Made by a program: the position numbers and the translations under genes. Under the pieces are notes generated by a model. That model saw nothing but the letters and a program-made list of their open reading frames with translations. It was not told where the DNA came from and did not search any database. A DNA stretch of 64,000 nucleotides from assembly GCA_013239625.1 (NCBI GenBank), contig MU053559.1, forward strand, positions 1,490,001 to 1,554,000, given 5' to 3'. Origin of the DNA: Lama guanicoe (lineage: Eukaryota). Positions 51,391-64,000 of the stretch are shown piece by piece. Each line of letters opens with the position of its first letter. The stretch's first letter is position 1.

Positions 51391-54300
51391 AACAAACTAC
51401 TTAAAATTTAAACATTGTTAAGTCCGTTTCAGGGCAACATACCTATGTAGCTGAAAGGTAATTTCATGAATGAGAATGGCAGTGGCACCTAATTATAAAA
51501 ATAGTAAACACCAGTACCTTGATCTTATATACATTGATGATAAGAGAAGGTGAAGTATTATATTTATATTAGCACATCATGTTGCTAAAAATGTAACCAC
51601 AAAACAGAATTATGAAATTTTAGGCTTGGAAAGGATTTTTCATATCATCTAATCTGTTCTTAATCTAATTTGACATCCTATCATATTTCCTCTGTTCAAT
51701 CAGATTTACCTGAATGCTTTTCACCTCCGCTCATGAGATGCTCAAAGAATCAGAGAACTGGAAAGGATCTTAGCGAATTGAGGACGGGAAAAGCTAAATG
51801 ACCTGACCAGTGAGATGTAGTGCAGGGTAGAATGCAAATGAAGACCCCAGTCCCATACGTGCTTTCCCCTTTTCCCACCTCATGTGAGTAAAGACAGTGG
51901 AAGCCTCACACACTGCTGGCAAAAATGTAAAATGGTACAGACACTTTGAAAAACAGTTTGGCAGATTCTCCAAAAGTTAAACACAGAGTTACTATACGAC
52001 CCAGGAATTCTACTCCTAAGTATATATTCAAGAAAAAAAAAACATGTATGACTGAAGCATTGTTCTGTACACCAGAAACTGACACAACATTGTAAACTGA
52101 CTATACTTCAATAAATATATATACAAAACAAAAATGAAAACATGTATGTCTCTACACAAGCTTGTATGTGAACATTCATAGTAGCATTATTTGTAATGGC
52201 CAAAAAGTAGAAATAACCTGAAGGTCCATCAACTGATGAATGGATAAACAAATAAAACAGATAAAAAATAAAATGTACCTATAAATCAAATGAAATAAAA
52301 TATCTATTCTGTTATGTTACTCGGCAACAAAAAGGAATAAACCACTGATAGATGCTGCAGTATGGATGAATTTCAAAAACATACTCAGTGAAAGAAACTG
52401 AGTAACTGGGTAACTAGGATACCTTCCATACTTAAAAGGCTAAGAACAGCGTCCAGCCCCCTACTCAATGTAGACACTTCTTTCTAGTAGGTAGCCATCC
52501 AACCTCTGTCTAAATGTCTTGACTAACATGGAAATCAGTTCTTCACAAAGCCACCCCGTCCACTGATGAGTAACTCTGGGCATTACGATCCGCCTTATAT
52601 TACGACTGGTTCTGTCCTGCCCAACCTCTGGTCCAAGTTCTATCCTCAGAGGTGACCATTACCGTCTAAGCCCTCTTCCCTAGGGCAGGCCTCTACCTTC
52701 TTAAATAGTAGAGAAATCTTTACCACTGTTTCACTTTAGAGCTGAGGAACCTGAATGGATACAAGACGAGCAGTCCATACTCAAAGCCACAATTTTCAAC
52801 ACCTATGCCACCATTTCTGTCATCTAAAAGAATACTGGTATGAATAATTAGAAAATGAAAACTACTTTCCTGTACCGCTCATCTTCCTTTTGTTTGTACT
52901 TAAATATTTCCTGGTTTAAGTCCAAAAAGCCAGTCCAGCTCTTCAAGGGCAAGGAAAATAATTCTTATAATTTTGCATCTTCCTTGGTGTTTGAGTACAT
53001 ATACTTTGAATAACTTGCTAAGGTATGAGAGGCAGAAGAGAGATAAGGATAAAAGCATGTCTTTCCAAATGATTTAAACACAGATCTTACAATCTACAAA
53101 TATTTTTCATCATGTCAATGCAGGAATTGTATAGTAAGCTTTTCCTTTTTCAAGGTCAGCAATAGAAAATGAGCTTCTTGCACTGTTGATTACAGTATAT
53201 CGGTTGCCATGACAACACTTAGTCCCCAAACATTCTTTCTAATTGAGACAATTTCTCCTAGCTTCGGTCCCCTAAGACTGACCCAATTACACAACTCAAA
53301 ACCCAAAACCCAGAGGGTGCCTCTCAATAAAGATACCCTGATTACACAACCTAAGGAAAAATTTAAACACCACTTTTCCAAGTTGCAAGGAAACTTTTCA
53401 GGCAATGCACTTTGTTTTTTTTACAGCTAAGTCTTAGAAACTGAGTGGTAACTGTCTGATATAAATTTAAAATTGTTTGCTATGCTCCATGATCACATTA
53501 CAGAGACCTAAATTTCTAACACAAACCATTTTGTTCATATACATGCAACGTATTTCATTTATGTGTTCTGGGCTGTATTTGCATTCTATTCCTTTTAAGT
53601 GGTACAATTAAACTCTTCTTGGAGCAAGCAAGACCACGCTGAACTCAGTAAAAGTTGGAGTAATACACTACCCATATTTGCACACTACCCATATTGGTCT
53701 CATAATAGGTGAGGAGCTAGAAAAAAAATCTTTAAGATCACATAAAATTTAGCAGGCTATCATAAATGAGGTGCCCAAGAGTGAATTCCTAGTAATTCCA
53801 AAAGAAAAAGAAAACAATTCCAAAAAGCAGTGTCGAGAAATGTGGTATCTTCACTGTCTCTAAATGCAAGCTGGTAATCCTCTAATGGCCCCAAAGATTT
53901 TCAAACGGGGTTGTTCGCTTATTTAGTAAGAAAAATTTTGATTAGTTGAGTTGATCAAGATTTTGTTATACACAATCCGGAAGCATATTCTACGCAACCC
54001 AGCTTATTTTTCATACCCAGTGACATCTCTTACACCTCTACAACTATAGTACTTAGTAGGGCTCCCCCAAAATGTTCCCTGTAAGCTCAAAGCAATGTCT
54101 ACATTTCAAAGTTTACTATACACTCATTTGGGAGGAAAAGCTTAGATGTTGGTGTCCGCTATTCTTTTTCAATGCATTTACTTAGCCACAGAGCAGAAGA
54201 AAAAAAAATCACAGAACACACCCATTTATCTAAAAGGAGAAAGACATGTGAGATTCCAACTAGCCCAAACATTATCTTAATAAAGGTAGCTGTAAGACAA

Positions 54301-55319
54301 TTTATCATGAAGTAATGAGTCAGAGGGCAACCAAACTACTCTAAATAAAAAAATAAAAGTTTGTTAGTTTTAGCCTATGATTTCAAAACCAAAAGTTAAA
54401 ATAAAAATAAAATTCACAACCTTCTCTATGGCAGACAGTTCAAGCTTAAAGAGCATTGTTAGGAATACTAAGGCCAAGGAAATGAATCTTTTAAAAACTG
54501 CCCACCAAATAACTTTAAATGATACGTGCAATCTTCATGTAAGACAGGAAGTACAGTACTTTCCACTCCTACATTATAAAATGCTGCTATCAAGTATAAA
54601 TAAGAGAGAATTAATAAACAGATCATGCAACCCTGCAAAACACGGGTAGAAAGATGGGGCTGAGACGTCTGTAAAAAGCGTACAATTTCTTAACTTCTGA
54701 CACTTGGAGATCCAAATTTGCCATGATTAAATTCTGCTGGGGATTGGAAATCACGCAGGCTGGCCTATGAAATCAAAACTTTAATAAGAAATTTACTATA
54801 AAGTATTCATGAATAGAGATACGTTGCATTAAGCAAGGAGTTAACTGTTCCTAATACTCATTTAAAATTTTTTCTCATCTTGTTTGGAAGAGAAAAATAA
54901 CTGATAAATCTATCAAAGTGTTTTACTAAATACAAATGGAGAACTATGTAGAAAGAGGAAGCATTATGAAATTTATGACTAAGTGTATTTTGTGCAAGAC
55001 TAAGTGGACGTGTTCAAAGCTTTTTCGTTTCTGGCTATATAGAAAACTAAAAATATGGGCATTTTCATTCATTAAAGCAGCAGTAAAATATTGCCTGGCT
55101 TATGCTGGTTATTTTCACCTTAGAGTCTTAACGCACATCCCAAGACTGATTCGACTTTCATTATTCCTTTCGGGTAACTGGAAGAGGAGGAAAGGCAAAG
55201 CTGTATGTCAAACGGTTCACTTCGTCATCGAGAAAATTCAGCAGTGGAATATATCAGGAGGCACCAAAGAGATTTACTGCCTAGGGCAGACAAAAAAGAA
55301 AACAGCCACAGAAAGAACA

Positions 55320-56250
<931 letters not shown>

Positions 56251-58459
56251 CTAGTTGAACACTAGACTTCAGCTTTGTGATGCAGTTGGTGAGGAAACAG
56301 GAATTCCTGCTGACGCAGGAAGAGCCCTGAAACTCTCATTCCTCACTCCTCTTATCGCCCCATCACCCATCCATCACCCGTCCCCTGCTTCCAAGTCGTC
56401 TGGCCAGTGTCATGCACTTGGGAAATTTCCCCAGCAACCTTCCCGACCCTCCTTGCCCTCTCTTCTGTGCTCTCTTAGTACTTCCACGTATCACTCTAAA
56501 ATTGAACAAGAACTTAGTAAAATAACTATTTGTGTATTGTCTCCCTATTGGAATTGTGAATTTCTTGAGACCAAAAGGCCGGTCCTTTTTTTTTTTTTAA
56601 CCCCTCAGGCCTGGCCCAACTCCACACTAGTTGCTCAATAAAATGTTTGTCGAAAGAATGCTTGCATGCTAGTGAAGGACACATTTACAACCTTTCCCTA
56701 TTCCTTCGTAAAGAAAGTGACCAAAGAGTGTGTGTGGGTGGGTGGTGGGGGTTCTCCTCTTGGAGATTATAGCCCAGTGGAGGACACAAGCACTGCCATA
56801 TAAACTATCAGATCTGTTCTAAGCAACTTGTTGGTTAAATTCTCTGGGCACAGTATTTGGGCATTTGGTAGGACATCAAATGCAGATTAGTTTCGGTTCA
56901 AACTTGGTTATCTTTTTACTTTCTCACACTTACATCTAGTGTATATGCTAAATGAGCCTCTGACTTAACTTGAGCATTAAGAATGTTCTCTTTTTCACTT
57001 CCTGCCTTCCTGCCTTTTATTGCACAATCAGGAAGAAAAGTACATGTGCTCAAGTATTAGAAATGATTGTAAACGTAAGTTCCAGATCTTAGGCAATAGG
57101 GTCTTTACCCGGTGCACACTTTTTCTTCTTCTGAGTGAGATCAAAAGTCTGTGAGAGGATGTTTTGGATAAGACCCTCAGATGTTTTATATTCATAGAAG
57201 GTTAAAATTGTGACCACCGTGTAGTACAGTGGAGGCAACAGAGGGCCACAGAGGGGAAGGGACTAACCACTGTGTGGTCACAATGAGAGTGGGTGAGCAG
57301 GGAATAGGAAAACCCAGAACCTGTGTTGTCCAGTGCTCCCTCTGCCTGAATTTGTTCCTCTCTGATTCATCTGAAAGAAAGAAGTAAAGAATTATCTGCT
57401 TAGACCTTCTGATGCCTGTGGGATCTCTGTCCCACAGTGATGCTGTTCCTCTTAATGAACAAACAAAACTAATTTTAGAGAAACAATGCCTAAAATAGTT
57501 TTGAAGTATTCATTAATGAGAAACTGAAACCTAAAATAAACTCTATATTCAACAGTGATCTTTTCAGGGACCCTTAAACAAAAGTGACGATAAAGTCCCC
57601 TTTCCGTTAAATCCCATCCCACCAGCACCCCTGACCAATATTAAGGAAAATTAAATTATTTAAACTGGGGACTGGAAACCAATGAACCTATGCTAGAGTT
57701 TTCATGCTTTCCCTTTTTCTTATTTTTTCTTCCTTTTCTCCTCCTCTCTCCTCCCTCCCGGCCCCAGTGGATTCTCACCACCACTTTTCTCTGCAAACCA
57801 GCTCTCTTTATTTACTCATCAGCATATACATGTCTGAGAACAGTCATCCCATCCTGATTTGTCATGGCCTTTCTGTCCAAGAGCATGCTACCATCTCCTT
57901 ATATCTTAGTTCAGATTCTCCAGGGAGATAACTAGATAAATTGCTGGCCAATCAATAATAGAATGGCTACCCATCGGACAAGCGTACACCCCTAGTCTAC
58001 TTGCTGCAGCCGCAAGGGTGAGTTCCATATTACAAACACGAGTGGGGAGCAGGTCCAGAAAAGGGCACAGGTGCGAGCAGTCCTAACTGCACAGAGTCCA
58101 GACAGAAATTGGTGGCTCCTTCTGCCTATACTTCTCCTGCTCTTTATACTCCTGTGGCTTCTTTTCTATAGAAAGCTGCCCTTCATTTTCAGCTGAATAA
58201 ACATAGGTTCATCTGTACTAAAAAGTTGGATTGTGGGTTTGCATCTGGCCATGGGCTCCAGAGATGGTCTGGGTCCCCCTGTGTGTCTTGACCACAGAAG
58301 TGACATAGTTACCTCTCAGAAGACAAATCTTCACAACATGAATAAGCCAATTACCCCAGCAAAAATGGCTGGAAATGTCCCTATTCTTGAGTTGACCTGA
58401 CACATGCTGGCTTACTCTGTACGCATCTACGGAAACACTTTACAAGTGAAGAAGGGAGC

Positions 58460-59760
58460 GGAGAAGTGTTTCCATTACCTATTGTTGCGTAACAAACCAC
58501 TTGAAACTTAATGGCTTATGACAATGATCATTTATTTTCCTTATGAATCTGCAGTTTAGGCAGAGCTCAGTGGGGACAGCTCAACTCTGTTCTATTCTGT
58601 GCCCAGGGCCTCATCTGGAGCTGGGATGACTCGCTGGGGGACTAGTCAGGAATCTTTTATTTATTTACTTATGAAAGTATAGTCAGTTATAATGCGTCAA
58701 TTTCTGGTGTATAGCATAATGTTTCAGTCATACATATACATACATATATTTGTTTTCATATTCTTTTTCATTATAGCTTACTACAAGATATTGAATACAG
58801 TTGCTCATGCTATACAGAAGAAACTTGTTATCTGTTTTATATATACTAGTTAATATTTGCAAATCTCAAACTCCCAATGTATGCCGTCCCACCCCTTTTC
58901 CTCCTGGGAACCATAAGATTGTTTATTATGTCTGTGAGTCTGTTTCTGCTTTGTAGATAAGTTCATTAATGTCTTCTTTTTTCTTTTTTTAGATTCCACA
59001 TATGAGTGATATCATACGGTATTTTTCTTTCTCTTTCTGGCTTACTTCACTTAGAATGATGATCTCTAGGTCCATCCATGTTGCTGCAAATGGCATTATT
59101 TTCTTCTTTTTATGGCTAAGTAGTACTCCATTGTATAAATATACCACAGCTTCTTTATCCAGTCATCTGACCATGGACATTTAGGTTGTTTCCATGTCTT
59201 GGCTATTGTAAATAGTGCTGCTATGAACATTGGGGTGCATGTCTCTTTTTGAATTAGAGTTCCCTCCAGATATATGCCCAGGAGTGGGATTGCTGAATCA
59301 TACGGTAAGCCTATTTTTAGTTTTTTGAAGAATCTCCATACTGTCCTCCACGATGGCTGCACCAAACTACATTCCCACTAAAAAATAGGAGGCTTCCCTT
59401 TTCTCCACACCCTCTCCAGCATTTATCACTTGTGGACTTTTGAATGATGGCCATTCTGATTGGTGTGAGGTTATAGCCAGGAACTGTTTTAAATGAAATC
59501 TCAGGGCCTCTCCTTGTGATCTCTCCAGCAAGATGGCCTTAAGGTAGTCAGGGCTTTAGGAATAAGTATTCCATGAGACCAAGGCAGAAGCAGCAGCGCT
59601 TCTTATAATATAACTTCAGAAATCATACATCACTTCCACTGGATTCTACTAATCACGCAGGGCTGGCCCTGATTCACTAAAGGAAGGGACTAAACAAACA
59701 AATGAATACTGAAAGGTGCAGGTCTTTGGGGTGTCATCTCAGAGGCTGGCTACCATAGCG
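58460..59760. mobile_element. Degenerate MLT1-like LTR interrupted by a young L1
   Basis: tattgttgcgtaacaaaccacttgaaacttaatggctt start; element resumes after 59475. Confidence 0.55.
58655..59475 (-). mobile_element. Young 5'-truncated L1
   Basis: [48 protein letters not shown]2 C-terminal peptide and 3'UTR. Confidence 0.9.
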
Positions 59761-61321
59761 GGAGTTAATTCTGTCAACAGTATTACATATACATTGAAGA
59801 AGAGGATTGGAAGGTTTTTAAAAATTGTACAAGCAGATACTTTGTTTTCTTTTAATAGATTTTTGACCCAACATCTCTTGTCATACTTTAACTTTTAGGT
59901 AGTCTTCACCAATTTTCTTTTACCATCATATTAATCAGTTCTAATTATTTTCAAAAGCATCAACAATTGTACGTAATCAGGTTATGAAGACTATGTATTT
60001 TTCTGACTGTTCTTAGCATCGAGTATCTTGTTCACTGTTGCTGGTAAAATTCTTAATGCAAGCTCAGTAAAAAAATATTTGGAAGTTAGTATAGAAAAGG
60101 AATAACAGAGCAAACAGGCTTTTAACTCAGATAGGGGTGGGGAGGGTGGAAAAGTCAAGAAAGGCATCTCAGAAGTGAATGCCTTTAGCAGCATAAAATA
60201 AAAATCATTCCTGTAACTGTTACAGCAAAGCAGTTCCAATGGAAACTATTTAAAAAATATTTTCTGGACTGAAAAGCATTTTTTTCTAGTGGAATTTCTA
60301 TTTTCCAAACCTTCATTTCAATACTTTTCAGGAAAGGGATGAACTGTGATCAAACTAAAACCATAGAGATAATCAAAGTGTGCTAGTTCATAAAATTTGT
60401 CTTTATCCTGGGGATTTTATTAATAAAAGAGTTACTTCCCATTTCACCCAAGCTGGAGATTATATTTCCTAGTTTCCTCTACACACATAGACCAAAAATA
60501 AACTCCCCATGATTGTTACTTGTCGACAGTTGTGTAGTATACAATTCCAAAACAGTCAGTAAGAAAGATTGGGGTCCTTGTAATGGCCTATAATGAAAAA
60601 GAAAATGAAAAGAAATACGTATATATATATATGAATCACTATGCTGTAGACCAGAAATTAACACAACATTGTAAATTGACCATTAAAATTTTTTTAAAAA
60701 GAAAGATTTAGGCAGGAAAACTGAGGGTTCCAGGCCAAAATTTTAGTAAAAGAATATTTAATAACGTTTCCTAAATCTTACACTAGGAAATGGCTAATAA
60801 TCATATAGATGGCCAATACTTAAGCAGGCCTGAATGTCCCTGGGAACTTCAAGAGTAAGATTTTTTTCCCGCTCACACTTCTCCTTCTCCCATAGTTCCT
60901 GACAAAATCTGGGCTCATTCTTGACAAAATCTTCCCTAAGAGCCACTCTGCTAGGGTTTGTACAATTCCCCTCGCCTCACCTCCCAACCACGAATACCCA
61001 GCTGCACAGTACATTCTAAGACCAGGATGAGAAAGTGAATCAGCGAGGAAAACATCTCTTCAGCACTTCTTTTATTCATTTACTAATTCTTGGGGTGCTA
61101 AGAATGGCACCAAATAAACAACAGCTCACTCTGAGAAATCTAGGATGTGTAGAGTTTGCAGTTTATACAATTTGGGTTGGGTCCTTGCTAAGAAAAATAA
61201 TACAAATTAAGAATACAAAATTGCCTGAGGTGTGTACAGGACCCATGCAAATGGAGGACCCTAAAGTTTGCGTTCCATTTGTTATACCATGAGCCATTTG
61301 TCAAAAGGTATTGGTGAGGCA

Positions 61322-61395
61322 GGGGGTGGATCAGTATGGCTCAGTGGTAGAGCACATGCTTAGCATACAGGAGGTCCTGGGTTCAATACCTAGCA
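61322..61395 (+). mobile_element. Vic-1-type SINE head, truncated
   Basis: gtatggctcagtggtagagcacatgcttagcatacaggaggtcctgggttcaatacc. Confidence 0.75.
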
Positions 61396-61796
61396 GAAAG
61401 ATATTAGAGATATTACCTCTTGGGAAGCCAGGATCTAAATTCACACATAATACATATTTTTCATATACTAATTGGCTTTAGAATATATACATACAGCATA
61501 TTATACAGACAAAGGACTAAGAAGACCATATTTTCCCGGCAATATTGCAAATCTGCCACAATTTATGAAAAACCTCAATGGGAACAGAGAACCCATAGGT
61601 ATAGGCTGATGATAGCCAATCAGCTACTGGAGCCAGATATGCAAAGAAGAGAATTCCCCATGCAAATTTACTGACCGGTTAACAATTCACAGAGACAACT
61701 ACATAACCAGACGTTTGGACGACTAGAGGTGCAAATTTGGTCAAATTTTTTAAAAAAATTTTCCTATGACTCAATATCGCTATTAGAGAAAGGCAG

Positions 61797-62992
61797 ATCA
61801 AAACTGCAATGAGGAAAAAAAACATAAATACAAAACAGAAATAGATTCAGAGACATAGAATACAAACTTGTGGTTGCCAAGGGGGAGGGGAGTGGGAAGG
61901 GACAGACTGGGAGTTCGAAATTTGTCGATACTGACAAGCATATGTAGAACAGATAAACAAGATTATACTGTATAGGACAGGGAAATACATACAAGATCTT
62001 GTGGTAGCTCACAGTGAAAAAGAATGTGACAATGAATATATGTATGTTCATGTATAACTGAAAAATTGTGTTCTACACTGGTAATTGACACAACATTGTA
62101 AAATGACTATAACTCAATACAAGAATTAAAAAAAAAACTCAATAAAAATGTTTTAAAAAAAACTGCAATGAGGTATCACTTCATGCTAGTCAAGAATGGC
62201 CGTTGTTAAAAAGTCTACAAATAATAAATGCTGGAAAGGGAGTGGAGAAGAAGGAACCCTCCTACACTGGTGGGAATGTAAATTGGTGCAGCCACTATGG
62301 AAGAAAGTATGGAGGCTCCTTAAAAAACTAAAAATAGACTTACCATATGATCCAGCAATCCTACTCCTGGGCACATATCCAGAGAAAACTCTAATTTGAA
62401 AAGTTACATGCACCCCAATGTTCATAGCAGCACTATTTACGATAGCCAAGACATGGAAACAACCTAAATGTCCACCGACAGATAAAGATGTGCGATACAC
62501 ACACACACACACACATATACATATAATGGAATATTACTCAGCCATAAAAAATAAACTTATGCCATTTGCAGCAATGTGGATGGACCTAGAGATTACCATA
62601 TTAAGTGAAGTAAGTCAGACAAAGACAAATATCATGTGATGTCACTTATATGTGTAATCTGAAAAAAAGATACAAATTTTATTTACAAATCAAAAATAGA
62701 CTCTCAGATATAGAAAACATACTATAGTTATCAAAGGGGAAAGGGCAGGGGAAGGATAAATTAGGAGCTTGGGATTAACAGATACACAATGCTATATATA
62801 AAATAGATAAACAGCAAAGACCTATTGTATAGCACAGGAAACTATATTCAATTTCCTGTAATAGCATTCAATGGAAAAGAACCTGAAAAGAAAAAATATT
62901 TATGTATGCATAACTGAACTGCTTTGCTATACACCTGAAACTAACACTGTAAATCAACTACATTTCAATAAGAATAAAATAAAATTAAAAAA
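61797..62992 (+). mobile_element. Young L1 3' part with a second L1 3' fragment (61815-62158) nested in it
   Basis: ORF2 C-terminal peptides; inner insert bounded by 15-bp TSD aaaactgcaatgagg. Confidence 0.88.
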
Positions 62993-63812
62993 CTGTCCTA
63001 TGAGAGAGAGAGAAGTTAAGATCTTGAAATTTACATGCTGACCCAGTATTTTTTTCAATTTTAAATTAGCACGACTGCAAATTTTTCTTTTTCTCAAATT
63101 GTTTAGAAAGCTGATGCTTATACTTCCTGTTGAGACAGTGTAAGTTCTTACCAAACCTGTCATATCATTCTTCCTTGCTAGCAGAAATAAACTCCTGTAC
63201 CTCTTGTCTAGCTTTTTATTTTAACAATGACAACGTTCTTTTTTATAGTTACTTACCCTATTGCCTCCTATTTGATAACCTTTACTTGAAACGGGTACTA
63301 CCAAAGTATAATTTTCAAAAGAGCAAAAACAGAATTCTGATACAAAATTGACAGTAAGCCGGTATCCAATATTGATTTAATTCACTGATAAGGAAGCCAA
63401 AAGTTCAACCAGCTGATTTAAAGAGGTTATGAGAAGTGGGGCTTTTTATAGTTAACAGAGAAAAAGGAATGCTGGAATAAGATTGCTACCATGGATACAA
63501 AACTGGTTAATGTCCTAAGGAGCAGTAAAACCATATGCTTTGAGATCTTTTCTATTGACCAGAAAAGAAAACCATCACACTGTACGAGTTTTCTATAAAT
63601 TAACCTCTAACTTTATAGACTTAAAAATATCTGGGTCCTAATCAACAGTAAATTATATGTCAATCAAGGTACATTCCTTTAGAGCATCAGCTGAACCTTA
63701 GTTGGGCTTATTGGACAGTGTTCCAGAACAGCATTAAAAGGCCACGCAATTATCTTGCTTGTTAACACGTTCTGTCTATTTCTTCATACATATATGTGTA
63801 TATATATATATA

Positions 63813-63970
63813 ATTTATTTATTATTGTATTATTTAATTATTTTGTTTTGGCAAGGGGGGAGGTAATTAGGTTTATTTATTCATTTATTTTTAGAGGAGG
63901 CACTGGGGATTGAACCCAGGACCTCATGCATGCTAAGCATGTGCTCTACCACTTGAGCTACACCCTCCTC
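63813..63970 (-). mobile_element. Vic-1-type SINE
   Basis: Reverse-complement tRNA head and T-rich tail on the plus strand. Confidence 0.9.
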
Positions 63971-64000
63971 ACTGTCTAATTCTTCTTAACACTACTCCAG

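Noticed and set aside
53665..53695. Tandem 14-bp direct repeat acactacccatatt
   Set aside because: A simple local duplication with only two copies and no other signal.

Overview
Mammalian genomic DNA, almost certainly camelid, judged from about 17 copies of a tRNA-Ala-derived Vic-1-type SINE. The window holds the complete X-linked RP2 gene (ARL3 GAP) on the minus strand: 5 coding exons (102+666+115+86+84 = 1053 nt, 350 aa), all introns GT-AG, a CpG-island promoter near 55.3-56.3 kb and a roughly 2.2 kb 3'UTR. A second CpG island at the left end is most likely the promoter and non-coding first exon of the neighbouring gene JADE3 (PHF16). Much of the rest is transposon-derived: an old full-length L1 with nested insertions, young L1 3' fragments, MaLR/ERV LTRs, hAT and Tigger MITEs, MIR/L2, and a retroposed U6 copy. 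I found no evidence of a new protein-coding system. The most unusual signal is a perfect 72-bp inverted repeat in RP2 intron 1, made from two otherwise diverged ancient MLT1 LTRs, which points to recent hairpin-driven homogenisation. Repeat family names and human comparisons are from memory, not from database searches.
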